DNA of 64,000 bases, taken from the IMG/VR virus record IMGVR_UViG_3300036803_000075, positions 1-64,000 of that record, one strand, 5' to 3'. This document shows, in pieces, positions 8,701 to 17,111 of this stretch (position 1 is its first letter; each line of letters starts with the position of its first letter). The DNA is from a virus. Lineage: Duplodnaviria > Caudoviricetes. Below the pieces are notes generated by a model. It had not been told where the DNA came from, made no database searches, and saw only the letters and a list, made by a program, of their open reading frames with translations. Position numbers and translations under genes: made by a program.

Positions 8701-10238
8701 TAATCGGACACATCACCACGTGACCCACCATCCGGGTGGTGAGCGTAGAGGGCATGTATGCCACCCGTCGGAGACGCATCGTGGCGGAATGTGAAACCAT
8801 CTTGAACAGTGGCCATACGGCCGTTGCTGCCGCCTCGGTGGTACTGCAGCTGGTAGTTCTCGTCAGCCTGTTTGAAGAATGAGACGGCGTCCAGGGAGCC
8901 TCGCTTGGCCTGATCGAAGTCCCAGGTCGGCTTGCCGGGGGTTACCTTCAGGCGCTGGTGGAAGGTGGGGTAGTCCATCTTCACGTCAGGCTTATCCGAG
9001 TGCGGGACGACCAGGGGCTCGCCGTCGATCCCCTTGCCGACCTCCTTACCTCGGAAGCCGATCACGTCGCGCTTGTCGAAGTCGACCTCATGGGCGCTCT
9101 CGGGATCGAGCCAGTCCATCTTCTTCAGGTAGTGATGCAGGTCATGCGGGTTTGAGAACGACGAAAACCCCTCTTGGGGAGCATCGACGCCGCCCTGGCT
9201 CTGGGCGTGCTCTGACCCGAACGGGGCATCCCGATGGTGGAATCGGTAATACATCTTGCCGCTGTTATCGAGCGGTTCTCCCTCACCGGCCAGCCGGAAG
9301 AACGCAACCAGATCCAGCCGCGAGGCGGTGTGGTGCCCGTCGTGGGAGTACAGCTCGACCTTCGTCTTCTTGTTGCGGGGGCCGTACCAGGTGACGCTGT
9401 GCACGTGCACCGGAGCTCCGTCCTTGAGCGGGATCTCCTTCTCGGCGCCACCGAGCCAGGCGTCGTGACGGTAGATGCCGTGCTCGGCGAGCTTGTCGCG
9501 GTCGGTCTCGACGTGCTCTACGTCAGGAGTGTGCGCGTGGATGACGACCTTGGTGCGACCGGCCTGGTGGGTGCCATGGGCGAAGTTGCTGGCGACCTTC
9601 TCGTCGACCGACCAGTGCTTGCCCAGGCCGCCACTCTCACCCTGCTGGATGTGGTCCAGCAGGGCCTTGGCGCGCTTCTCGTGGGAGTACTGCTGCGAGT
9701 CGTGGACGATGTTGTGCACGTCCTCGGGCAGCTCGATAGACATCCCCCGATGGATGCTCTTAGTCTTGGACAGGGTGTGACCCCAGTCGTGCTCCGGCGG
9801 TCCCGCGCTCTCACGGAAGAAACTAACCACGTCGATCTTGGCCGTACGACCATTGGCAGAATTCTGCTTATCGCCCGCGTAGCCTTTCCACCACTTCTCG
9901 CCCTGCTGGGTCCGCCAGCCATGATCGATCGACGCATCGGGGTAATCATCTTGCAGCCGATCCATCATGGCGCTAGCGGGACCTTTGCGCTGATGATCCT
10001 GATGGACCTCCATGGTCTTGATCCGGAGCTTGGAGACCTGGCCGTGATCCTTCTGAGTGCCGTAGGAGAGCCGACCGGCTCGCTCAGGAGCGCCGTCTGG
10101 ATGCTCTGGAGAGACAGGCTGCGTCAGGTGATACGCATGTATCTGGCCGGCGCTGCCTCGCCCCTCCGGGCGAAAATGTCGAATGACGTAATCATCCGGC
10201 AAGTCCTTGGCCGTACGGAAGAACGCAACCAGGTCCAC
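5748..10238 (-). CDS. polyvalent multi-enzyme protein (3x GNAT, 2-3 ART-like, pol-beta-type NTase, Zn finger, 2H phosphoesterase)
   Basis: GNAT motif A three times (VHQDHQRKG, VHPKFQRRG, TDPEHRRKG); ART-like HRG..HWS..EKEI; AGG..DFDVLV; CxxCxGxG; HITV/HITL. Confidence 0.8.
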   Translation of the reverse strand: MDLVAFFRTAKDLPDDYVIRHFRPEGRGSAGQIHAYHLTQPVSPEHPDGAPERAGRLSYGTQKDHGQVSKLRIKTMEVHQDHQRKGPASAMMDRLQDDYPDASIDHGWRTQQGEKWWKGYAGDKQNSANGRTAKIDVVSFFRESAGPPEHDWGHTLSKTKSIHRGMSIELPEDVHNIVHDSQQYSHEKRAKALLDHIQQGESGGLGKHWSVDEKVASNFAHGTHQAGRTKVVIHAHTPDVEHVETDRDKLAEHGIYRHDAWLGGAEKEIPLKDGAPVHVHSVTWYGPRNKKTKVELYSHDGHHTASRLDLVAFFRLAGEGEPLDNSGKMYYRFHHRDAPFGSEHAQSQGGVDAPQEGFSSFSNPHDLHHYLKKMDWLDPESAHEVDFDKRDVIGFRGKEVGKGIDGEPLVVPHSDKPDVKMDYPTFHQRLKVTPGKPTWDFDQAKRGSLDAVSFFKQADENYQLQYHRGGSNGRMATVQDGFTFRHDASPTGGIHALYAHHPDGGSRGDVSDYAGHIAWSGKDGEVALVNVHPKFQRRGLGTELWNRAKEVEPNLHHSPEEFQTDEGKAWAGKTASATTIYYLHNTEKSPDAGSRFGQDVEPHGRYLVEAGPNAKSDERWEKGSVTFQNPKHIPFGGGYQEDSNWKHQLSKEHGGKRGSELSQAVRDAGHDGIITHDDYGTSEIVDLTHLKPRSAGAALPQDIRFHFTPSWHKTKPHRISATVPDGDARKEIGHMEWNPQHGLVDFVHTDPEHRRKGIGSALWQRGTAAAEQHGVTPPQHSDVQTPAGSAWSQKADEGDSSGHQVEHVPPPAPAHHDLAEHMIHEHNLGNSKDLIRNKMTPNEVQGWHEKLQPYDPCTFGKTAAEYVHEHEWLPEARIFSPTKPGEDPRLFDGDHLKPEVRSFLLEEIGQDWDSLYADWPAWSTVYFAGGEASSWYGSHAAHGEGAGEADDFDVLVGVDFDAFRKAQPAYAALSDEQVADRLNQAFRAGIDKRLEDTEIPGVEGRYGITAYVNVAGRDIHEIKPYAAYNVSDDEWTVEPYSTPEDWSARSLPESYWDALEGLVGFVDGIRAMPEPYRTREGAALFDRLHDDRRNAFGQNGTGVFDFANVAWKYLDLHPGHPLDFLLDCKRNVQGKTASWQDHYDEGDVCSCCGGTGEHSCGHECVRCDADGRESGASGPIWRGDHDEAKLTVCASAEEVVRHEVGKQQVHQLTYPGGRSEDLCPTHYHLRQEHDSAARSLSYDTGLLDEGQRSPDQSIGSGLPPAHQGRCADCTKVQNDSTELPWKQRPKPTDQVPDRMSPFTPHKKPEPFPRHVAPFTPLRQSENRVLTVPPDGSPEPSGIMIAVKPPDEIIQSLVVEGGETPENLHITVAYLGNTMDHSQDQLDDLVETVTSWAETYEPFEARTQGAGTFVNDGSHVLWAAVDAPALTRMHVELVDYLGEHGYAPHQDHSFTPHITLKYDKYHVRFLPKIEPADWLVRELWVAIGGRWESVSLG

Positions 10239-10248
10239 CGTTACCTCC

Positions 10249-10284
10249 TCTACCTCTTCGGCGCCCTGGAGGAGGAGGGAACAG
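10249..10284 (-). promoter_or_regulatory. putative late promoter (CTGTYC-N19-GAAGRGKTAGA)
   Basis: Same fixed-spacing motif precedes the lysis and baseplate genes. Confidence 0.6.
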
Positions 10285-10467
10285 TCAGTAACCTTTGAAC
10301 TGGGGAGTCAGCTGCTCAGCGGTGGTGGGCTCTACGAATTGAGGGCACGGGCCGCCGTCATCACCCTTATTGCAACCCATCGCACCACAGGGCTTGTCCA
10401 AGTTCCGGCCGTGGAAGGTATGAGCGTGCTTACAACGAGCGCACATCCTGGGACGTTTAGTAACCAT
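10285..10467 (-). CDS. small Cys-rich (Zn-binding) protein
   Basis: CARCKHAHTFH...C...C...C pattern; AGGGGA RBS. Confidence 0.6.
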   Translation of the reverse strand: MVTKRPRMCARCKHAHTFHGRNLDKPCGAMGCNKGDDGGPCPQFVEPTTAEQLTPQFKGY

Positions 10468-10486
10468 AGGTTCCCCTTACATGTTG

Positions 10487-10516
10487 GAGGGCCTTCCCCA
10501 ACGGAGAAGGCCCTCC
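10487..10516 (-). terminator. hairpin / probable terminator
   Basis: GGAGGGCCTTC/GAAGGCCCTCC stem. Confidence 0.55.
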
Positions 10517-10647
10517 GGAGCAGCTACGAAATTCCAGGCCGACGGTTCGCGGGAATCCTGCCAGAGATCACATCGCGAACCCAAGACCTCCCGGAGTGTG
10601 CCTCATAGAGACCGCGTGAGGAGGTATCGGCGTGGAGCAGCGCTCCG
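10516..10647 (-). ncRNA. predicted structured ncRNA (~132 nt) of unknown family
   Basis: Nested stems CGGAGC-GCUGC/GUAGC-U-GCUCCG, UCCA/UGGA, GCCGA/UCGGC, ACCUCC/GGAGGU, GGUUCGCG/CGCGAACC; upstream TATCAT -10; downstream hairpin. Confidence 0.6.
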
Positions 10648-10695
10648 AGTTCGATGATACAGAAGGTCGCAGGTGTTGCAAGATCTCTGACCGGC

Positions 10696-12735
10696 TCATC
10701 TCAGCCGGCCCGGCCGGCGAGCTGGTGTCCCCTGCTGACTGGGCAGCCTGCGACTGCCACCGCCCAGCTGTTCGAAGACCTGATCGTCCTGGCCCCGGCC
10801 GAACGGTATGTTCTCCTGCTGCATGGCCGCGCCCGGCCGAGTGTTCCCCAAGGCCTCGAAGACCATCTTGTCGATCTGGTCGCCGATCAAGTAGCTCACC
10901 ACCTCGCACATCGAGTCGGCCACATCCTTGGTCTGGACAGGCCCTGAGGTCTGCTTCTCGACCTTGTTGTTGGCCTCCTGGAGGAAGGTCAACTCCGCCT
11001 GCGCCTGCGTGTACTCCGGCGCGTGCACCAGCTCCAGATTAATGGCTGCCTTGAACTGCTCGTACCGGCTCCAGTTGTTGGCGTGGGTCGCGGTCTTCTC
11101 GTACGCCACGGTGCGCTTGGGCAAGCTCTTGGCGTGCGCCCGCCGCGTCAGGCTCTGCAAGGTCGCCACCGAGTTGAACTGGTCGAAGGTCACCTCGTCC
11201 GGCATGAACGGGACGATCACCTCGTCGAAGATCCAGTCCTCGATCTCCTGGTAGATCACGATATGGTCTGGGAAGTCCGCTGGATCCCAATGATGCACTT
11301 TGTCGAAGACAACGTGCTTGACGCCGTCCATCCCGATCTCGATGTGTGCCAGGGCGAACCCGAAGTTAGCGTTGACCTTGGACGGGTCACCGTGCGCCTT
11401 GTAGCTGCGAGACAGCAGCCCGACCTGCTCCTGCTGCAGGATGGGGCGCCCCTCCTCCGGCCGCCGGCCGAGCCAGGGCTGGAAGATCTTGGCGACCTTG
11501 TCCGCGTTCAGATAGGCGTCCAGGGCCGCTGCCCAGTGACTGCGGCGCTCTACCTTGAAGGTGTCCGGGTTGGCCTGCTCCAGCTTTTGCATCTCACGGT
11601 CGTACGTCTGGATGGCGCCACGGAGCACGCTGAAGGCCGGGGGGAGCTTGGGCACCTCTGCGTCCGGGGCATACTCCCCCAGGTCGCCCAGGAAGCCCTC
11701 AGGCAGCAAGGAGAGCAGGGGAGCCCGCTCCCAGTCCTCGTAGATGTCCCAGGAGGTCAGCTGCACCATCAGCAGCTGTGGATACTCGGGGTTGCCACTC
11801 TCGTCCATCTCAATCGAGTGCAGCCAGTTCTCGTAGAACTGTCCCAGCATCTGCCAGGGGCTGGACGGCTCCAAGATGAAGGCGTCCTTACCGAACTGGT
11901 CGAGACTCGGAGTCGCACTGCCGTACACCGCCTCCGCCGAGGCTTTCGCGACAGCGGGGACAACGTGAGCCATCTCGTCGTAGGCCTGGCAAAAGCTCGC
12001 CGGCCCTCGACCGGCCATCATGGTGGACTCTTTGGGTTCGATCAGGAAGGTCGCCCGGTCCGCCGCCGTCTCAATTCCCCGGTCCTTGAGCAGGTCCATC
12101 CGGGCGAAGTCGTTGGGGGCGTAGACGGACAGGCTCTCACCCAGCGGCTTGGACACGTACTTGGAAAAGCACGGGCCACCGAGGATGACGTTGTTCAGGT
12201 CTCCCCAGAGATTTTTAACGGCCTGGTCTTTCTTACCCGCAAACACAAAGGCCGCGAGTTTTTTATCGCGGTCAATGCCGTAGTACCCCTGGGGATCTCC
12301 CTTGGCCATGTAATTCCAGAGCACGTACGCCATGGCCAGCGCGCCGATATAACCCTTGCCGGCCCGGCGACCCATCACCAACAGCACCTCGCGGAACCAG
12401 TGGTATCCCTCGGCCTTAAGCCAGCGCATCCGTTCCAACAGCTTGGGGTTGACCCCATTGTTGCCGGTGGCCGCGAAGTTCTGCTCCCACTCCTCCACCA
12501 CGTCGTAGTCGAACTGGGTGAAGAGATCTTCCCTCAGGAAGATGATCTTGAGGAGAGTCGCTTGGCGCGGATAGATATTCGGTCGGTCTAAATAGGCGGG
12601 ATCAACGACGAAGGTAATCGGATCCGGCACATCAAGGCTCATGATGTTATGCATCTGCCAGGGGAGGAAGGGAGACGCACCAGCAGAGGACGAGGACTTT
12701 CCCCGCCCCCGCCCCCTGCGTAGTGCTGTCGTCAA
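10696..12735 (-). CDS. terL: terminase large subunit
   Basis: Walker A MGRRAGKG, Walker B AYDEMAH, nuclease-domain HGDPS, TFDQFNS and KDVAD. Confidence 0.9.
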   Translation of the reverse strand: MTTALRRGRGRGKSSSSAGASPFLPWQMHNIMSLDVPDPITFVVDPAYLDRPNIYPRQATLLKIIFLREDLFTQFDYDVVEEWEQNFAATGNNGVNPKLLERMRWLKAEGYHWFREVLLVMGRRAGKGYIGALAMAYVLWNYMAKGDPQGYYGIDRDKKLAAFVFAGKKDQAVKNLWGDLNNVILGGPCFSKYVSKPLGESLSVYAPNDFARMDLLKDRGIETAADRATFLIEPKESTMMAGRGPASFCQAYDEMAHVVPAVAKASAEAVYGSATPSLDQFGKDAFILEPSSPWQMLGQFYENWLHSIEMDESGNPEYPQLLMVQLTSWDIYEDWERAPLLSLLPEGFLGDLGEYAPDAEVPKLPPAFSVLRGAIQTYDREMQKLEQANPDTFKVERRSHWAAALDAYLNADKVAKIFQPWLGRRPEEGRPILQQEQVGLLSRSYKAHGDPSKVNANFGFALAHIEIGMDGVKHVVFDKVHHWDPADFPDHIVIYQEIEDWIFDEVIVPFMPDEVTFDQFNSVATLQSLTRRAHAKSLPKRTVAYEKTATHANNWSRYEQFKAAINLELVHAPEYTQAQAELTFLQEANNKVEKQTSGPVQTKDVADSMCEVVSYLIGDQIDKMVFEALGNTRPGAAMQQENIPFGRGQDDQVFEQLGGGSRRLPSQQGTPARRPGRLR

Positions 12736-13193
12736 TGCTGGTGGCCCCCGCCCTCGATCACCTCGGTAGGAGTTTTAATGACACCCCCGTCGCCCAGATC
12801 CAGCACATCGTTGGTGACCTGGTGCACCTGCTGGTTCGGATCCCATTCCAGCTTATGAGTCCGGCCGATCAGATCCACCATAAGCACCGGTACACATTCG
12901 TCCGGCTTAAATTTAAAATTCTCTACCTGGTCGACCGGAATGCCCCACGACACATTGACCACCAGGCCGATGTCATTGAAGCGCTCTCTCACCTCCCGGC
13001 CGATAGCCGACCGGTCCACCCGCGACTGCAGCCGTAAGCGGATCCTCTCGACCACCTTCTCCATCGCCAGGACTTCGGTGTCGTACAGCTCGAAGTTCCT
13101 GGTGATCTCCAGGTGGTTATGCACTTCGCCGGGCTGGCTGGCCGACGTGGCCAGATAATCCTTTAGACCCAGCGGGTCTGGCGTCTCAGTCAC
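12732..13193 (-). CDS. hypothetical protein
   Basis: ORF overlapping the terL start. Confidence 0.7.
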   Translation of the reverse strand: MTETPDPLGLKDYLATSASQPGEVHNHLEITRNFELYDTEVLAMEKVVERIRLRLQSRVDRSAIGREVRERFNDIGLVVNVSWGIPVDQVENFKFKPDECVPVLMVDLIGRTHKLEWDPNQQVHQVTNDVLDLGDGGVIKTPTEVIEGGGHQH

Positions 13194-13200
13194 AGGTCTC

Positions 13201-14226
13201 CTAGGTCAGCCGCTGCTGGCAGGCTGTGCACCGTACCGAGTGGTCGTTGACCAGCCGGCCGCCGATGGTCTGCAGCTGCCGACGAGGCCCTTCCTGGCTC
13301 AGCAAGGATGGGTCGTTCGCCTGGTTGGTCAGCAGGTTGACGAGGTCGAATTCGGTAGGAGCGCCGTCCTCGGTGATCGAGGGAAGCATTCCCTGCAGCT
13401 GCAGAGCGCGCCTGGCCGGCAGCCCATTCTCCTGGGCGATCCGACGCATGTGGCCGCTCATATCGGCCGGCAGCGGCCGGCTGCGCAGGTCGTAGAAGGC
13501 TTCGATGTCATGCTCGACCCGGCGGAAGGCTCGAACGACCTCGCCCTCCAATAGCCGCAGCAGAGTGGGGACATCGTTATTCCGAGCGTCCACCCGCAGG
13601 CCGGCGTCGGGGACCTCCATGCCGTTGGTGCACACCAGGCGGTAGAGGTACGGCTGCACCCAGGGGGCCAGGTTGTTCTTGCGGTCCTGGCCGAGCCGGA
13701 CACCACCTCGGGTGATGTCACCAACCTGGGGATCCCCTCCCACCCCCCGGTCGAATCCTTCAGGGACCACGACATCCAGCCGGAAGCTGTCCGGCCGCGA
13801 CCAGTAGTCGACGACCGTCGCTTGGGGGTCGATAGCACGGGAGGCAACCTGCACGATCTCAGAGGCCGGTACCCGCTGCTGGTTTTCCTTCAGCACCTCA
13901 ATGACACCGTCATCACCCTCACGATAACCGACAGTGATGTTTTCCTCATCAGCGTGTTGGATCCGGCTATCCAGGATGAACTGCTGCTCATCCGGCTGCA
14001 GCCTCTCGTAGAACTTGATCGGAATCCCGACAAAGTGAGCCAGTACCGCCGTACCCGTGCTCGGCTTGCTCAGCCGGATCTCACGGTTCCCCAAGGCCAG
14101 AAAGGGCTCCCTTTCTTGCAGGTGCGGGGAGACGTTGTGCAGCGGCCCCGACCAGGTTCGGTAGTCCAGGTCAACGGTCTGCGCCAGCTCTTCCAGCGTG
14201 ATATTCGGAAGCTCTCTCAGATGCAT
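13201..14226 (-). CDS. DUF932-like protein
   Basis: YRLVCTNGM signature. Confidence 0.7.
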   Translation of the reverse strand: MHLRELPNITLEELAQTVDLDYRTWSGPLHNVSPHLQEREPFLALGNREIRLSKPSTGTAVLAHFVGIPIKFYERLQPDEQQFILDSRIQHADEENITVGYREGDDGVIEVLKENQQRVPASEIVQVASRAIDPQATVVDYWSRPDSFRLDVVVPEGFDRGVGGDPQVGDITRGGVRLGQDRKNNLAPWVQPYLYRLVCTNGMEVPDAGLRVDARNNDVPTLLRLLEGEVVRAFRRVEHDIEAFYDLRSRPLPADMSGHMRRIAQENGLPARRALQLQGMLPSITEDGAPTEFDLVNLLTNQANDPSLLSQEGPRRQLQTIGGRLVNDHSVRCTACQQRLT

Positions 14227-14290
14227 GGGTCCTCCGTACGGGTAAAAACAGGTCTGACCAGAAGTTTAACTATCTCGGCAGCCTACGTCG

Positions 14291-14929
14291 CTACGCCACG
14301 TCGCCCTCGATCGCCCGAGTCTGCTGCCGCTCCATCCCACGGAGCACGGCATTCTGGCCTGCCAGCTGGTTGAATCGCTGCTTCTGCTCCGGCGTCAGCA
14401 GCTGAGAGATGATCGACATGTACTCCATCAGAGCCTGCTGCCAGACCTGTGCGTCCACCGGGCTGTCGATCTCTGCGTCGATGGCGACCTGAGTCCGGAT
14501 GGCGGAGAGCAGATCCGACATCGACGGCTGGATCTCTCCGGCCTGAAGCCGTTCGAAACCCTTCTCGATCACCATCTGATTGGCCGTGACGTGGTCGACC
14601 AGAGAGTCGACTCCCTCTTCGATCGAGCGTCCGATCTCCTTGCTACGGCGCTCGATGAGCGCCCGCTGGATTATCGCGTTCAGCGGCATGTGCTCGCCCT
14701 GAACGTGGTTCCGTACGGAGTGATCGGAGGGATTACCGGTGTCAGGCTCGATCAGGTTGTTCTGAGTCCAGTTCGCGATGGCCCGGTACGAACGGCCATT
14801 GACAATCTGCTGCTCGATGTCAGCGCGATTAGGGTGCTGGCACACCCGGCAGTTGGGGTGTGTACGTGCGGGGTAGTACCGACCACCGACCTGAACGGTG
14901 ACCAGTGAGCGAGGGGAAGGATCAGTCAT
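14291..14929 (-). CDS. Zn/HTH DNA-binding protein (possible terminase small subunit)
   Basis: CRVCQHP...GRSYRAIA...SVRNHVQGEH; location near terL; start reassigned to MTDPSP. Confidence 0.55.
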   Translation of the reverse strand: MTDPSPRSLVTVQVGGRYYPARTHPNCRVCQHPNRADIEQQIVNGRSYRAIANWTQNNLIEPDTGNPSDHSVRNHVQGEHMPLNAIIQRALIERRSKEIGRSIEEGVDSLVDHVTANQMVIEKGFERLQAGEIQPSMSDLLSAIRTQVAIDAEIDSPVDAQVWQQALMEYMSIISQLLTPEQKQRFNQLAGQNAVLRGMERQQTRAIEGDVA

Positions 14930-15284
14930 TGAAGTTGTCGTGGTCGCCAAACTCATCGACCCGATAGTCGTCTACGAAGGCCGCCAGAGAGGTCTCCCGC
15001 CGCCGGGCGGACGTAATCCCATCCCGGCTGTTCAGATGTGGCTGGTCGCGATTCCACTTCCGATGGAACATCCCCATCCGGATGGCGGAGTCCGGCATCC
15101 CGCTAGAGACCAACAGCTCCCGATCCTTGCGGTTCTGCTCCTTCCATGGAGTCAGAATGTCCGACTTTGCGCTCATGCTGGTCACCCCTTTCAACGACTC
15201 CATGATCAATCTAGTGGCCTCGTCGTCCAGTGGCGCGTGGACTCCGAAACGAAGGGGCATCCCTGGCTTACGACTCTGCGTCAC
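14922..15284 (-). CDS. hypothetical protein
   Basis: ORF in a coupled operon. Confidence 0.65.
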   Translation of the reverse strand: MTQSRKPGMPLRFGVHAPLDDEATRLIMESLKGVTSMSAKSDILTPWKEQNRKDRELLVSSGMPDSAIRMGMFHRKWNRDQPHLNSRDGITSARRRETSLAAFVDDYRVDEFGDHDNFND

Positions 15285-15661
15285 GCTGCACTCCCCAACT
15301 GGTAACGAGGCAGCTCGCCGGCCTCGATAAAGCCGACGATTTTCTTCAGACCCTCAGTGGCGTACATCCCGATCGGGTTGGTCGGAGCGATCCCCATGTG
15401 AATCGAGGCCTCCCGCTCGGAGATCCCCTCGAAGAGGAACAGCTCTATCGCTTCCCGCTGCCGTGGTGACAGCACCGGAGCCAGCTTGCCGTGGCGGTCC
15501 GGCCTCTGGATGTTCCGACATTCATACAGGTACGCCACGTCCGTCAGGCAGTACTCCTGCCGGTCAGGACCCACGATGGTGATGCCAACCTGCCCGACCT
15601 CGAACAGAACCTGCCAGAGTTGCAGATTCCGGAAGAGATCCCGGAGGATGTCTACGGTCAC
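15281..15661 (-). CDS. sigma-70 region-4-like HTH protein
   Basis: LSPRQREAIELFLFEGISEREASIHMGI. Confidence 0.7.
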   Translation of the reverse strand: MTVDILRDLFRNLQLWQVLFEVGQVGITIVGPDRQEYCLTDVAYLYECRNIQRPDRHGKLAPVLSPRQREAIELFLFEGISEREASIHMGIAPTNPIGMYATEGLKKIVGFIEAGELPRYQLGSAA

Positions 15662-15798
15662 GTATGTTTCGCCGTCACCCTCTCTCTGGCCCTCAGTGTT
15701 CCAGGAGCTGCTCTGTAGTCGAGCAGAACAGGAGAAAAATCTCCTGTCGTTCCAGAGCGTAACTCTTCAAGTGGATCACTTCCAAGAGATCCAGGTGA

Positions 15799-16491
15799 TT
15801 AGGGTGTCGTGTCCTTCAGCCGCTGGTCCAGCAGGACCATCGCCTTGACCAGCGCTTCGGCCTTTCGGCTGTACAGGGACTTCACGATGGCCAGGTAGCG
15901 CTCCTGGCGGGCGTTGAGCCGGCCCTTGTGCGTACGATCGTCCACCGTCAGCCGGCCCTCCGGCTCGTCGAAGCCGATGCTGAAGGCCTCCTCCCACTGG
16001 GCCTTGGCCAACATCGCCTCGCCCCAACCGTCCTGGGAACGCTGCTCCCACTCAAAAAGCCTTGTGGAGATCAGAAAAATGTAGTGCTCCCGCAGCTTAT
16101 GGCCGAACTTGCTCCAGTCCTCCACGAAGTTGCCGGACGGAGTCCGCTCCCAGAGCGGCTGGCCATACTCATCGACCTGGATCACGTCGCCCTCCAGAAC
16201 CGGCATCCGCGCCACCAGGTAGATCTCATTCATCACCTCGAAGGCATCAGCGAAGTCCTGCATGATCTGCCGGTTCACCACGCCGATCACCTGCTGGACG
16301 GTCGTACGATCCGGACCGTTCCAGTCGGTCACCATCCGGGTGAAGCCCGGCGTCCGCGTCTCCCGCGTCCGGTCCTCATGGATCTCTACTTCAGCGGGCT
16401 CATCTCGCTGGCCGGCCTCCATCAGCACCCGGTGAATCTGCTCAGCCCGCTCCATCTCGGCCTGGGTAGGCAGCTGATCAATGTCGCTCAT
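15799..16491 (-). CDS. hypothetical protein
   Basis: Long ORF coupled to the RuvC-like gene. Confidence 0.7.
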   Translation of the reverse strand: MSDIDQLPTQAEMERAEQIHRVLMEAGQRDEPAEVEIHEDRTRETRTPGFTRMVTDWNGPDRTTVQQVIGVVNRQIMQDFADAFEVMNEIYLVARMPVLEGDVIQVDEYGQPLWERTPSGNFVEDWSKFGHKLREHYIFLISTRLFEWEQRSQDGWGEAMLAKAQWEEAFSIGFDEPEGRLTVDDRTHKGRLNARQERYLAIVKSLYSRKAEALVKAMVLLDQRLKDTTP

Positions 16492-17111
16492 TGCACGTCC
16501 TTATGCGAGTAGGTCAGGCCTAACGCGATGGCATCATAGACGTGCTCGTTCAACGGGCATCCCTTCGGCAGCTGGGAGATGTCAACGTACTGCAGCACGG
16601 CCTCTTTCACATCCGCCTTCCGATTAGCCGGACGCTTCTCCGGAGCCACCAGAAGAGCCTTCATGCTCTGGTTGTAGACACCCACTACCCGATAGCCGGA
16701 TGCGGCCCGCCGCAGCTCCCTGGCCGCCATTAAGGATGACTCCAGGCGGCTGCCAAACAGGGCAGGCATCTCGTGGACGTACGTCACAGCTGCACGACCC
16801 ACGGGGCTGAAGACGACCTGATCTATGGCCCGTCCCAGGCTCTCCGCCCGATGGAGGGTCAGTTCATGTCCTCTGAGGTCCGACGGCTCTGGCCGGCACA
16901 TCCCCGTAATGATCACCACTGGAAAGCTCACCAGCGCCCAGCCGGTGTTAACCAGAGTCTGATCCCAACACAACAACGGCTCGGGGGCGAAGCTCTCTGG
17001 TTCAGGCGCCGTCCATTTTTTCTTGATCTTGCGCACCCGTGGTTTGGCGGCATCGCGGATCCGCTCTCGGATCGCCTCCGCCATCTCGGAAGAGCTAGAT
17101 CCTTTTAACAT
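16488..17111 (-). CDS. ruvC: RuvC-like Holliday junction resolvase
   Basis: WDQTLVNTGWA, VHEMP and HVYDAIAL catalytic motifs; start uncertain. Confidence 0.75.
   Translation of the reverse strand: MLKGSSSSEMAEAIRERIRDAAKPRVRKIKKKWTAPEPESFAPEPLLCWDQTLVNTGWALVSFPVVIITGMCRPEPSDLRGHELTLHRAESLGRAIDQVVFSPVGRAAVTYVHEMPALFGSRLESSLMAARELRRAASGYRVVGVYNQSMKALLVAPEKRPANRKADVKEAVLQYVDISQLPKGCPLNEHVYDAIALGLTYSHKDVQ

Noticed and set aside
11023-12591. Long plus-strand ORFs antisense to real genes (also 27137-28036, 36656-38203, 54314-55474, 61506-63131)
   Set aside because: Shadow ORFs expected from high-GC codon bias; no recognisable motifs
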